Positions 18,966 to 28,815 of a stretch of DNA of 64,000 nucleotides are shown piece after piece. A model generated the notes under the pieces. The model was not told the DNA's origin, made no database searches, and saw nothing but the letters and a program-made list of their open reading frames with translations. How positions within the stretch are numbered: the stretch's first letter is position 1; each line of letters begins with the position of its first letter. The translations under genes were made by a program, and so were the position numbers. The stretch is from Oligoflexia bacterium (GTDB lineage: Bacteria; Bdellovibrionota; UBA1018). The stretch is taken from positions 544,001 to 608,000 of the forward strand of contig CAVWVI010000003.1 in assembly GCA_963758495.1 (NCBI GenBank), read 5' to 3'.

Positions 18966-20152
18966 CCTTCGCTCCCCGACAGGAGTAATTTCTTTTGAAA
19001 GCTTTTCAGAGCATATTTAGCCTGCTCTTCAATCTCTTGAGCAATGTAGACTGACTGTGACTCTAAACTACTGTCACCCCTTAGAATTGCCAGAGCTTGT
19101 CTTCTGCGATCTTCGTTCAAACCAGATTCGCGAAGTGTTCGCTCTATTCTGCTTGAAAATGTATGTCGGAGAGCTTTTGCAGACAGATGCGGAGGCAATT
19201 GATCTGCAAACCGCCTTCTCAATCCTTCATACAGTTTATTTAAAGCTGATTGAGAGAGGGGGTCTCCCTCATCACTCAATATTAGATATTCGGAATCCTG
19301 TTTAGACTTGGCCTCAAGCTCGTCTCTCCATGTCATGATATATTCATTTAGTCTGCGAGCAAACTGAGGATCCTCGATAGGTAATATGCGGCCATTACGT
19401 TTTATTTTCGGACGGGGGCGGCGAGTATCGTTAGGATCCGGAGGTCTTCGTTTGACATGTATTCCAGACACTCCGCCCAACTCAATGTCTTCTACCTTTA
19501 GGCTTAAAAGCTCACCTGGGCGGAGGCCATAATAGAGCATGATCATAGTCGAGATATAATTTCTAAATTTTACAGCTGCGTTTCGTCCAACCGACTTCGG
19601 ATTGTTTGGATCAAGGCATTCAATCAAGTCTTTTACTTCCTGCTCTTTTAAGCCCTTAGGTTTGCGCGTATTGACTGGAGGAAGGCTTGTATAGGTAGTA
19701 TCTAGCCATTTCAAGTTTCTTAACTGTTGGTCTCTTATGCGCTCGTAGCGCATGTCTCCGAGAGCCAAGCTACTCAAATATAAATCGAAGCACCAACTAA
19801 AAAAGTTTCTTATAGTTGCTACCCGTAAATTAAAACTATGGGGAGAGACTGCAAGCTGAGTTACTCTTCTATCCATGCACTGATCACGTCTTAGAGCCTC
19901 TACTAAGCTTCCTCGTAGTTCGGCCTCTGAAAAAAACTTTCCTGACTCTATTCTTTCCCACAGATCAATCGAATGTTTATCTAGCCACCGATAAAGCACC
20001 ATCAATTCCCTAAGATTTCGTACTAAGGTCGAGGTACTCATTGATCTTCTTCCCAAGATAAACTCATTGGGAGTAGGTATCGGCAACCCGTTTATATCAA
20101 GGAGTATCGGAATTTGATCCCCGGAAGAATGAGAGATGATGTCAATACGCAC
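18962..20152 (-). CDS. Tyrosine recombinase 1 (GinA-like)
   Basis: YYGLRPGELLSL, SAKALRHTF, RGDSSLESQSVY. Confidence 0.88.
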   Translation of the reverse strand: MRIDIISHSSGDQIPILLDINGLPIPTPNEFILGRRSMSTSTLVRNLRELMVLYRWLDKHSIDLWERIESGKFFSEAELRGSLVEALRRDQCMDRRVTQLAVSPHSFNLRVATIRNFFSWCFDLYLSSLALGDMRYERIRDQQLRNLKWLDTTYTSLPPVNTRKPKGLKEQEVKDLIECLDPNNPKSVGRNAAVKFRNYISTMIMLYYGLRPGELLSLKVEDIELGGVSGIHVKRRPPDPNDTRRPRPKIKRNGRILPIEDPQFARRLNEYIMTWRDELEAKSKQDSEYLILSDEGDPLSQSALNKLYEGLRRRFADQLPPHLSAKALRHTFSSRIERTLRESGLNEDRRRQALAILRGDSSLESQSVYIAQEIEEQAKYALKSFQKKLLLSGSEG

Positions 20153-20257
20153 GTTGTAAGTCCTTTACAAAATGAATTAACTCTCAATTACTAAATTTAC
20201 AATTTAATTTTTATCCGTATTAGTAGATTACTTATTATTCTCTTAGCTTGAAAAATG

Positions 20258-20294
20258 AAAAAAAGCCTTTTGAATCTTTACAATCCAAAAGGCC
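20258..20294 (-). terminator. Intrinsic terminator downstream of ssb, lying inside the element end
   Basis: Minus strand GCCTTTTGGAT-TGTAAAG-ATTCAAAAGGC-TTTTTTT. Confidence 0.7.
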
Positions 20295-20377
20295 TTCTTA
20301 ATAACTTATTTTCTTATTTTTCAGTAGGTTAGCAAAAACAGCGTTGTCCTTGCTTTACAAAACCACTTTATTCCGAC

Positions 20378-20902
20378 CTAAAATGGAATGTCGTCTTCAG
20401 TAAAAGACGGCTCCATATTCATAGGTGAAGAATTTCCCTGAATTCCCTGAGATGGGTGCTGTTGAAATGAGCCGCCACCCATATTGGAATCATGGGCTTG
20501 CGTATCTCGCTGTGGACGATCGCCATAATGAGAGCCAGCTCCAGGCCCAGCAGCCGCGCCTGCACCCGCTCCTGCAGTAGCACCTAAGAACTGAACTGTT
20601 TGAGCCTGTACTTCCGTCGTGTATTTAGTCTGACCATCTTTATCCTGCCATTGGCGGGTCTGAAGACGTCCTTCTACATAAACTTGGCGGCCTTTTGTCA
20701 AAAACTGATTACAGTTTTCAGCGGTTTTTCCCCAAACAACAATTTTGTGCCATTCAGTTTTTTCCTGCTTTTGACCTGACTTATCGGTCCAAGACTCGTT
20801 CGTTGCTACACTAAAATTTGCGACAGCAGCCCCTGATGGCGTATAACGCACTTCTGGGTTTTGCCCTAAACGACCTACTAAAATCACTTTATTGACGGAC
20901 AT
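20378..20902 (-). CDS. ssb: Single-stranded DNA-binding protein
   Basis: [19 protein letters not shown]...EWH...[11 protein letters not shown]-terminal DDIPF. Confidence 0.99.
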   Translation of the reverse strand: MSVNKVILVGRLGQNPEVRYTPSGAAVANFSVATNESWTDKSGQKQEKTEWHKIVVWGKTAENCNQFLTKGRQVYVEGRLQTRQWQDKDGQTKYTTEVQAQTVQFLGATAGAGAGAAAGPGAGSHYGDRPQRDTQAHDSNMGGGSFQQHPSQGIQGNSSPMNMEPSFTEDDIPF

Positions 20903-20976
20903 GAAATGACAAATAGCTTCCCCGGAATGGGTCTGTCAAGGCAAAATCCCTCCGAGTCGCTATTCTAAATGGAGTT

Positions 20977-21495
20977 TTAAACCGGTGGAGCAGGAGACTG
21001 AGGAGATACAGGGGTTGTTTTAGGAGGAGATACAAGAGGAGCTTTAGCAACAGAGGGCCCTCCAGACTCTGGATAAGCAATACCTTTATCAGCGAATTTT
21101 TTGCGCCAATAAGCATCCACCTCTCGACGCGCCCATTTCTCATTGACTAAGAAAAGGTAAGGGTCAAAACCACATTGAGGACAACTTAATGCTGCACGTA
21201 TTTTCCATCGATAGACGGTTTCAAAAACCATCCAAAATGGAAAAAATGAGACGATCCCCTTCCAATTCATCCACTTCCAGGAGACCAGCATAAAAATAAT
21301 CGAGGTCAGCACCACTTGAAAAACCTGCCTAAATCCCTCGGGTTTAGGCCGAAAAGGCACCTTCCGAGTCGCTTCACAAAGAGGACAAATAAAACACCAA
21401 AGTGTGCTATATCTGTCCCGCCAAAAGGGGGATTTAATTTTTTCTTCAAGCTTTAGTCTTTGATTTAACCGTCGAGAGCCCATTCGATGATCCAT
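20977..21495 (-). CDS. Hypothetical membrane protein with two CxxC motifs
   Basis: CPLC, two hydrophobic helices, CPQCGFDPYL. Confidence 0.7.
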   Translation of the reverse strand: MDHRMGSRRLNQRLKLEEKIKSPFWRDRYSTLWCFICPLCEATRKVPFRPKPEGFRQVFQVVLTSIIFMLVSWKWMNWKGIVSFFPFWMVFETVYRWKIRAALSCPQCGFDPYLFLVNEKWARREVDAYWRKKFADKGIAYPESGGPSVAKAPLVSPPKTTPVSPQSPAPPV

Positions 21496-21536
21496 TCATT
21501 GCCTCTATAGCCAAAGTATAGCATATTAGGTCACAC

Positions 21537-22706
21537 ATGAATCCAATGAGAATAAATCAGTATATTAAGCCTACCACCCAATTTCCTCCCGCCTGGCTTT
21601 GGCTTGTCGATGAAGCTATCCCTAATTGGGTAAAGAAAGAGTATAGCCCTCGAGAAAGCTGGAAAAATAAGCCATTTTCGAAAGAGGATGCTCGATTTTT
21701 TTTCAAAGGGATCGAAGAACTTTCAGATCTCTTTACTGAAGAACGCCCCAAAGGGATGCCCAACTACTTCCAACATCCGAAATATCGTTCTTCCTACCTT
21801 CTTTACTTCCTCCCTCTTCAAGCTGCCAAGTTCTTGACTCTTTTTCAACTTTACCCTCACGCAATTGAAGCGGCACTCTCTCATGGACGAAAAACTGGCA
21901 CTCTCCGAATAGCAGACATTGGAGCGGGGCCAGGCACAGCTTCGCTGGCTTTATTGCTCCTTCTGATGAATTTAAAAATGGAGCCGGGTCAGGAAATTCC
22001 GCCTATTGAAATAACTTTGGTTGATACAAATCCAGATATCATGGCCGACGGAAAAGCTCTTATTGAACAACTCTCTAGCAGCTTCCCTAAGCTTCGCGGA
22101 CGGATCCAACTCAAAACTCATATTCTTCCTTGGTGGAAAGCAGCGTCTCACATCCCTGACGCTCAATCTTTAATACTCCTGGGGCACGTCTTGAACGAGG
22201 CTTCTGCTCCCCAGCGGGATTCTCATAGCTTTTGGGAACTACTACTTAAGAAAGCAGAGGGTGGCGGTGTTCTTATGGCTGAACCTGCCACAAGAAAATC
22301 GGGTCAGTTACTCTCTTCATTGCGAAACCATTTTTTTGAATCAGGTCTGATTGAAAATACTCCTTCTCAAATCTGGGGGCCTTGCCTCCATGCAGGTACA
22401 TGCCCCCTCACTCGAGGCCGAGATTGGTGCCATGCTTCTGTTCCCATTGATGTTCCTGGTAAATGGTTCAGAGATATTTCCGCGGCGTTAGGGTCTGAAA
22501 AACACTGGGTGAAGTTTACTTATCTTTGGCTCGCCTCTTCATCCTATCCTTCGCCAAAACCTTACCCTCAATTACGACGCGTCATTAGTGACCCCCTCAG
22601 TCAAGGCCCAAAATCTACCGTATTGATTTGCGAGCCTGAAGTTGCTGGTAGATTTCCAGTTTTAGAAAAACAAAGAGTGGGTCGAGGAGATATCGTTAAA
22701 ATTTAA
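21537..22706 (+). CDS. Rsm22/METTL17-family methyltransferase-like protein
   Basis: SYLLYFLP, DIGAGPGT SAM motif, EPAT, GPCLHAGTCPL..DWCH, KFTYL. Confidence 0.75.
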   Translation: MNPMRINQYIKPTTQFPPAWLWLVDEAIPNWVKKEYSPRESWKNKPFSKEDARFFFKGIEELSDLFTEERPKGMPNYFQHPKYRSSYLLYFLPLQAAKFLTLFQLYPHAIEAALSHGRKTGTLRIADIGAGPGTASLALLLLLMNLKMEPGQEIPPIEITLVDTNPDIMADGKALIEQLSSSFPKLRGRIQLKTHILPWWKAASHIPDAQSLILLGHVLNEASAPQRDSHSFWELLLKKAEGGGVLMAEPATRKSGQLLSSLRNHFFESGLIENTPSQIWGPCLHAGTCPLTRGRDWCHASVPIDVPGKWFRDISAALGSEKHWVKFTYLWLASSSYPSPKPYPQLRRVISDPLSQGPKSTVLICEPEVAGRFPVLEKQRVGRGDIVKI

Positions 22707-22733
22707 CAAATACGTAAAGATCTCTCATAACGA

Positions 22734-24128
22734 GTGCGAGGTAATTCGGTGTTGTCCTTTTCAAGCTTCTTTTCGTTTTTTTTGTTTTCTTTATTACTTT
22801 CTACTTCATCTTTTGCGGGTTCAAAAATATCAACTTTACAAACAGAATTAAGCCAAGCTTTAGACCCAACTCTACACATCAAAGATTTGCAGAATTTTAT
22901 TTTAGATTATGCCCGCCCCATTCAACCGCTATTCGCATCTTCTGATCACTCCTGCGCCTTATTCCAAAATAAAGTATTTTGCTGGGGTAGGAATCAGCAG
23001 AGTCAACTAGGAGACAGGACGAAAGATCCTCATCCGAAACCCACCTTGGTATTAGGACTTCGAGAGGTCACTGCCATTGCAGGGAGTGCTCAATCTTCTT
23101 GTGCAATCCATGGAAAAAATAGAAGAGTCAGTTGTTGGGGAACCTTAGATTACGGCGGACTCAAAACTTTGATTAAAAACAAAATCACTCCTCTCACTCC
23201 CATTCCAGGGATTGAAAATGCAACCTCTGTCGCTGTAGGTTATCTTCACGCCTGTGCCACACTCGACAATGGACATGGAGTTTGCTGGGGTAATAATAGT
23301 GATGGCCAGCTGGGGAATGGAAAACTGGATCAAGACTATGAGGAATATTCCTATTTCAAACAACCTACACCCGTCTCAAGGCTTAAAAATGCGATCTCAA
23401 TTGTAGCGGGACTCAATCACTCCTGTGCAATTTTAAAAGGAGGTCAAGTAGCGTGCTGGGGGGATAATCTTTACGGTCAATTAGGAGATGGAACCTCTAA
23501 GAATCGCCTTCGTCCTACTTTGGTTCTGGGACTCACGAATGTCACTTCTCTTTCAGCAGGTGCTTATTACACCTGCGCAGCAGGAGAAGATGGAAAAGCT
23601 TTTTGTTGGGGCCGCAATGATTCTGGTCAACTCGGCGATGGAACGAAAATCGATCATTCTACACCCACGCCTATTGCAGAACTTGAAAATGTTCTTTCTA
23701 TATCGGCTGGAAGTCACCACACTTGTGCAACAACGCAAGGGGGAAAAGGATTCTGCTGGGGTGCCAATATCTTTGGAGAGTTAGGCAATGGCTCCAAAAA
23801 TAAAAGCTTGATCCCGACTCCTATATTAGGATTTGAAAATATCCTCTCTATTGCAAATGGAGACTTTCATTCCTGTGCGAATTTAATGGACAACTCAATC
23901 GCCTGTTGGGGACGGAATCTTTTTGGAGAATTAGGAAACGGCCGTAGCACTGAAAATGCTACTTCGATAGCTGAGAAATGCTTTGATTCCCTGATCGAAA
24001 CCTTTCCTCTGAGTTCATCTTCCAAAAACTGGAACATTTCTTTTGAACCCAATGTCTACACCGGAAAATCTGCATGCAGTCAGATTGAAAGCAGCTCCAT
24101 CCCCATTTGTACTGAAGCTTTTCTTTGA
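22734..24128 (+). CDS. Exported RCC1-repeat beta-propeller protein
   Basis: Signal peptide; repeated CWGxNxxGQLGDG and HSCA motifs. Confidence 0.92.
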   Translation: MRGNSVLSFSSFFSFFLFSLLLSTSSFAGSKISTLQTELSQALDPTLHIKDLQNFILDYARPIQPLFASSDHSCALFQNKVFCWGRNQQSQLGDRTKDPHPKPTLVLGLREVTAIAGSAQSSCAIHGKNRRVSCWGTLDYGGLKTLIKNKITPLTPIPGIENATSVAVGYLHACATLDNGHGVCWGNNSDGQLGNGKLDQDYEEYSYFKQPTPVSRLKNAISIVAGLNHSCAILKGGQVACWGDNLYGQLGDGTSKNRLRPTLVLGLTNVTSLSAGAYYTCAAGEDGKAFCWGRNDSGQLGDGTKIDHSTPTPIAELENVLSISAGSHHTCATTQGGKGFCWGANIFGELGNGSKNKSLIPTPILGFENILSIANGDFHSCANLMDNSIACWGRNLFGELGNGRSTENATSIAEKCFDSLIETFPLSSSSKNWNISFEPNVYTGKSACSQIESSSIPICTEAFL

Positions 24129-24407
24129 GGATCCGGCTGGCCCCCTTTCGGGAGCCAGCGGAAGAGGTAGGCCAATTTGAATTCGAGCATTGAATTTTTT
24201 TGGATGACCACTCTCGCCCCCACAGCATACGTTCCGCAATAATCCGCAACCAGTGGCCTTATTTTGTACATATGCAGCGAACGTGCCAACGACCGACTTA
24301 AAATTTATGGGAAAATAAAACAAACAGTTCTATTGAAATCAAAATAGATCACGCATTATGCATTTCTACTTTAAAGATGACATTGCAAAAAAAGCACCGT
24401 CACAAAA

Positions 24408-25652
24408 TTAAACACGTTTGAGTAATGCTGCCCAAAAACCATCACCATAGGGAGCCTGATGAGGCGCAAGAAACCATTGATCTACCATGAACTCTTTTAA
24501 TCCAGCTTGGGTAATTGCTTGAGGACCTTCCTCTTTGAGCACTGAACAGACTGAATAAGCAAGGAAGCCCCCAGGTCTAACTTTCTCCCAGGCAGATTTT
24601 AAAACCTCTTGCTGAGCTTTCATGAGTCCCTGTAATTCTTTTTCCTGTCTGAGCCAACGAACATCAGGATGTCTCCGTAAAATACCCGTACCCGAACAAG
24701 GCGCATCTACCCAAACCAGATCCTTTGGCCCCTGATTGCTCAACTCTTCCCATGGGATCACTTGGATCTCAGGCGCAGCTCGCTGTACCGTTTGCACGAG
24801 AAGCGGAAGCCGAGTCGCAACTCGATCCGTTGCAACCCCCTGAATTCCATTCCATGCCATCCCTACCGATTTACCTCCAGGTGCAGCGCAGAGATCGAGA
24901 CCTAATATAACTTGATCTCCATAGTCTTGCCTGACTCGATTCACAATTTCATTCACTAAAAATTGACTCGAAATATCCTGAACAATCCATTCACCTTCAG
25001 CAAATCCTTTGCGATTAACAACTGATCCACCTTCAATGCTTTTCCAAGACCCTGGAACAGGGCCCGCTTGAGCCCAATCTGCCGTAAAATCTAATTTTCG
25101 AGATCGAATCCATAACGTAGGTCTCTCCAAACTTGCCTGCGCATAACCTTGGGCCCATTCTAAACCGTGCTGATGAAAAACTTTAAGCCAAAGCCACTCA
25201 GGTAAACTCGCCCAGGCAGCTACCACACGAGAGTCTTGATCAGCAGGAAATTTTTGATTTCGCCATTGAGATGCATATTCAGATATTTTTCTTAAACAAG
25301 CATTTGCGAACTTTGCAGGAGCTTCCCCTTCTTTAGAACGAACCTCAGTTACCGTTTCAGAGACGACAACTGCCGCAGGAGTGCGATCTTGAACGATGAT
25401 TTGATAACTCGCTAATAGCAAAATTTTCCTGAGCCACCCCGAAGGCTTTTTTCGCAGCGAAACCGAATCCAAGATAAAATCGAGACGCCCCTTCCATCGA
25501 AGGGTTCCTGAACACACATCCTGCAGCCAAGCCAAAGAAGGAGACTCCTTACTTAAGGCTGCCATCTCCTCATCTAGAGCACGATGCTCGCTCAAAACCC
25601 GGGTGAGAATTCGAACTGCCAAAGCTCTAGGGTACATCGTTTTTTCAGACAT
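24408..25652 (-). CDS. rsmB: 16S rRNA m5C methyltransferase RsmB/Sun family (NusB-like N-terminus)
   Basis: DLCAAPGGKS, VDAPCSGTGILRRHPD, YSVCS. Confidence 0.85.
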   Translation of the reverse strand: MSEKTMYPRALAVRILTRVLSEHRALDEEMAALSKESPSLAWLQDVCSGTLRWKGRLDFILDSVSLRKKPSGWLRKILLLASYQIIVQDRTPAAVVVSETVTEVRSKEGEAPAKFANACLRKISEYASQWRNQKFPADQDSRVVAAWASLPEWLWLKVFHQHGLEWAQGYAQASLERPTLWIRSRKLDFTADWAQAGPVPGSWKSIEGGSVVNRKGFAEGEWIVQDISSQFLVNEIVNRVRQDYGDQVILGLDLCAAPGGKSVGMAWNGIQGVATDRVATRLPLLVQTVQRAAPEIQVIPWEELSNQGPKDLVWVDAPCSGTGILRRHPDVRWLRQEKELQGLMKAQQEVLKSAWEKVRPGGFLAYSVCSVLKEEGPQAITQAGLKEFMVDQWFLAPHQAPYGDGFWAALLKRV

Positions 25653-26650
25653 TATTTAATACCACCCCACAATAAATAGGCTCCAGGTACAAAAGCAGAG
25701 TCTTCACGGGGATAGCCACTTAGTTTTTCTAAAAATGGAAATAACCATCTCAATAGACCTTCCCTGCCGCTGAGAAATTCCGTAGAGTCAGGTCCAGAGC
25801 CATCATCCATTACAAAATCCAATAGGCCTCGTTTCTGCTTATCGATATAAATAACTGAAGGTTTCCCTTTAATATTCGCAAGTCTTCCTGCTTCATGAAT
25901 AGCATCATTCAGAGATCCAAGTTCGTCTACTAAATGGGCTTGCTTAGCCTGATTACCTGAAAAAATCCGTCCATCAGCAATGGCGGTCACTTGATTCAGG
26001 GTGAGTTTACGACCTGTGGCTACGGCTTGCTTGAACTGCAATAAAATATCATCGACCATAGTTTGGAGTAATGCGCGCTCCTCTGAAGTCATCTTGCGAT
26101 ATTCCGCGCCCGAATCTTTAAACTTACCTGTCTTAATCGCAAAGCGTTCAATCTTTGCCCAATCATAGAGTTTTTCTAAGTTAGCAAACTCCATAATGAC
26201 TCCAATGGATCCAGTCATACTTCCAGGATTTGCGAAAACCTTCTTTGCACCACAAGCAATGTAATAAGCCCCACTTGCGGCTATTGATCCCATAGATACG
26301 ACTAGAGGCTTTTTATATTTTTTAACAGCTTCATAAATTTCTTGAGAAGGGGCTACAGATCCTCCTGGTGAATTCAATCTTAAAACAACTGCCTTCACCT
26401 GATCGTTGTCTTCAAGTTTTTCAAGTTTCGCCAAAGTTTTTTTGGAATCCAGAATAATTCCATTCATTTCAATGACCCCAACAGACTCTCCGCTAAAAAG
26501 CGCCAAACCGCTTCCACTTCGAGTTGAACTCACTGGAGATTTAGAAAGGAAAAAAATTCCGGATATTAAAAGGAATAAGGCGAAAAAAACACCAGAAAGG
26601 ATAAGAACGATAGATAATGGCCCCAGAGAACTTTTCTTCTGTTCAGTCAT
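25652..26650 (-). CDS. sppA: Signal peptide peptidase SppA
   Basis: LRLNSPGGSV, SMGSIAASGAYY, GSIGV, KTGKFKD. Start uncertain (26650 or 26719). Confidence 0.93.
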   Translation of the reverse strand: MTEQKKSSLGPLSIVLILSGVFFALFLLISGIFFLSKSPVSSTRSGSGLALFSGESVGVIEMNGIILDSKKTLAKLEKLEDNDQVKAVVLRLNSPGGSVAPSQEIYEAVKKYKKPLVVSMGSIAASGAYYIACGAKKVFANPGSMTGSIGVIMEFANLEKLYDWAKIERFAIKTGKFKDSGAEYRKMTSEERALLQTMVDDILLQFKQAVATGRKLTLNQVTAIADGRIFSGNQAKQAHLVDELGSLNDAIHEAGRLANIKGKPSVIYIDKQKRGLLDFVMDDGSGPDSTEFLSGREGLLRWLFPFLEKLSGYPREDSAFVPGAYLLWGGIK

Positions 26651-26792
26651 AGAAATAAAACTACCTCTAGAAGGCTTTGAGACACTAGAAAAAAGAACTA
26701 AAAAAAAGCGCCGTCTCAACTGCCCCCTGTTTATTGGAGACTTCTGAGATCGGCGCTTCTTTTACATTTTTAACTAAAAGCGAGTCAAGAAT

Positions 26793-28613
26793 TTATTCTT
26801 GCTCTTCTTTTCCACCCTTAAGTGCTGCTTTGAGTTTATCGCCCAAAATATCACCCATAGATGTTTTCTTAGAACGTTCTCCGACGTATTGGTCGTAATT
26901 TGCACGCTCTTCTGTTCTGCCCAGTTGCTTAATGGATAAGCCAATGCGACGTTCTTTCGGTTCAATCGAAAGAATTTCAGCACGAATCTTATCGTCTGGC
27001 TTCAGAATATCAGAAGGCTTCTCAATACGATGATCTGCAATCTCACTGACGTAGATCAGACCTTCAACGCCTTCTTCCAACTCAACAAAAGCACCGAAGT
27101 CAGTGAGTTTAGTCACTATACCGTCAACTGCTTGTCCTTGACGATAACGGGATTTAATATTCTCCCAAGGATCGCGCTCAAGTTGTTTGATACCCAAAGA
27201 GAACTTCTCAGATGGCTTATCAATGCCCAGAACAACCGCTCTGACATGATCGCCCTTCTTAAACTTCTCAGAAGGATGAGTGAACTTCTTAGTCCAAGCG
27301 ATATCACTAATATGAACGAGACCATCAATGCCCATTCCAATATCAATGAACACACCGAAATCGGTCACAGATTTTACATCGCCTTCAGCAATGGTACCCA
27401 CAGGGTATTTCAGCTCAAGAGCATCCCATGGATTCTCTTGAAGCTGTTTAAGTCCGAGGCTAATGCGCTTATTCTTAGAATCGACTTCAAGCACTTTGCA
27501 CTCGACTTCATCGCCCACATTGATGAGCTTAGAAGGATGCTTCACGCGTTCGGTCCACGACATTTCTGAAACGTGGATCAGACCTTCAATGCCATCCTCA
27601 AGCTCAACAAAGGCTCCGTAGTCTTTCAGACTGACAATCTTGCCTTTAACCTTAACTCCGACTGGGAACTTATATTCCGCATCATCCCAAGGATTAGGTG
27701 AAACTTGTTTTAAGCCTAATGAAACACGTTCTTTATCTCGATCATACTTGAGAATCTTAACTTTAATTTCATCGCTGACCGCAAACAATTCACTTGGGTG
27801 CTTAATACGCCCCCAAGACATATCGGTAATATGGAGTAATCCATCCATGCCACCGAGGTCAATGAACGCACCATATTCAGTGATATTCTTGACTGTACCG
27901 GTAACAATCGCACCTTCTTGAAGATTTGCTAATGTCTCTGCTCGTTGAAGCTCTCGCTCTTGAGCGACGACTGCACGACGAGAAAGAACGATATTGCCAC
28001 GTTTTTTATTAAACTTGATAATCTTGAACTTGAGCTTCTTACCTAGAAACTTGTCCAAATTCTTCACTGGCTTGGTATCGATCTGGCTTCCTGGTAAAAA
28101 GGCTTTTACGCCGATATCTACTGAAAGTCCACCCTTCACCTTAGCGATGACAGTACCTTCTACAAGCTGATCTTTTTCACATGCTTGAGAAATTTCATCC
28201 CAGGCGCGGATAATTTCTGCCTTGTCTTTGGAAAGCAGCATAAAGCCGTTTTCCATTTCCATACGTTCAAGATAAACGCTCACTACATCGCCCACACTGA
28301 CTTGGGCAACTCCGTGCGCATCTTTAAACTCTTGAATGGGAACTAAACCTTCACATTTGTAACCGATATCAACAGTTACATATTCAGAGCCAACAGAAAC
28401 GATGGTTCCGTCAACGACTTCCCCTTCTTTAATTTCTTGCTGTCTTTGAGAAGCTTCGAAAAGCTCTGCAAAGTTTTCTTCTTGATCATCTAAATTGATT
28501 AAGGATTCCTCAGGACCTAAATCTGATGAGAATTCGCTCATCCAATCTTGATTCTTTGGGAGAGGCTGGGACTTTTTGGAGGCCTCTACTCCACTGGTTT
28601 GCTTACCTACCAT
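26793..28613 (-). CDS. rpsA: 30S ribosomal protein S1
   Basis: Six S1 repeats (YGAFIDLGGMDGLLHITDMSW etc.). Confidence 0.99.
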   Translation of the reverse strand: MVGKQTSGVEASKKSQPLPKNQDWMSEFSSDLGPEESLINLDDQEENFAELFEASQRQQEIKEGEVVDGTIVSVGSEYVTVDIGYKCEGLVPIQEFKDAHGVAQVSVGDVVSVYLERMEMENGFMLLSKDKAEIIRAWDEISQACEKDQLVEGTVIAKVKGGLSVDIGVKAFLPGSQIDTKPVKNLDKFLGKKLKFKIIKFNKKRGNIVLSRRAVVAQERELQRAETLANLQEGAIVTGTVKNITEYGAFIDLGGMDGLLHITDMSWGRIKHPSELFAVSDEIKVKILKYDRDKERVSLGLKQVSPNPWDDAEYKFPVGVKVKGKIVSLKDYGAFVELEDGIEGLIHVSEMSWTERVKHPSKLINVGDEVECKVLEVDSKNKRISLGLKQLQENPWDALELKYPVGTIAEGDVKSVTDFGVFIDIGMGIDGLVHISDIAWTKKFTHPSEKFKKGDHVRAVVLGIDKPSEKFSLGIKQLERDPWENIKSRYRQGQAVDGIVTKLTDFGAFVELEEGVEGLIYVSEIADHRIEKPSDILKPDDKIRAEILSIEPKERRIGLSIKQLGRTEERANYDQYVGERSKKTSMGDILGDKLKAALKGGKEEQE

Positions 28614-28815
28614 AAATGATAAATGGCCTTTCTTTTACACACTTGAGGGCATTCAATACCGCAAAGCAGTACAAACGAACGCTCACTCACCGGGAACCGA
28701 AATTACGGAATCTCCGTTGTGGAGATTAGGTATAGAGAGGTAAACACCCTTTGTCAAGTTAGCGTTCAGGCTACAGACGGCCTGCGCCTCGAGGCGCAGA
28801 TTATAGGATACCAGA

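Larger units (their letters stand above)
13355..20386 (-). mobile_element. GInt-like integrative element (three tyrosine recombinases + small gene + cargo) inserted at the ssb 3' end
   Basis: Four translationally coupled recombination genes, an AT-rich distal end, candidate core AAAATGG at 13355-13361 and 20380-20386, and repeated CTTTACAA motifs at both ends. The left boundary is inferred. Confidence 0.7.

Noticed and set aside
4491..20152. CRISPR-guided transposon (CAST-like) interpretation
   Set aside because: No TnsABC/TniQ, Cas3 nuclease motifs are intact, and no spacer matching the ssb/att site was seen. Adjacency is better explained as cargo or an insertion hotspot.
633..24128. Organelle-like RNA factor cluster (OPR-RAP, Rsm22-like, RCC1-repeat) as one system
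   Set aside because: The genes are on different strands and separated by an island and ssb; there is no evidence of co-regulation.
23959..24323. Three overlapping short minus-strand ORFs after the RCC1 gene
   Set aside because: Mutually overlapping, antisense to the RCC1 3' end, and without a recognisable domain.
27030..27569. Long antisense ORFs (also 47318-47890 and others)
   Set aside because: Shadow frames opposite well-supported conserved genes.
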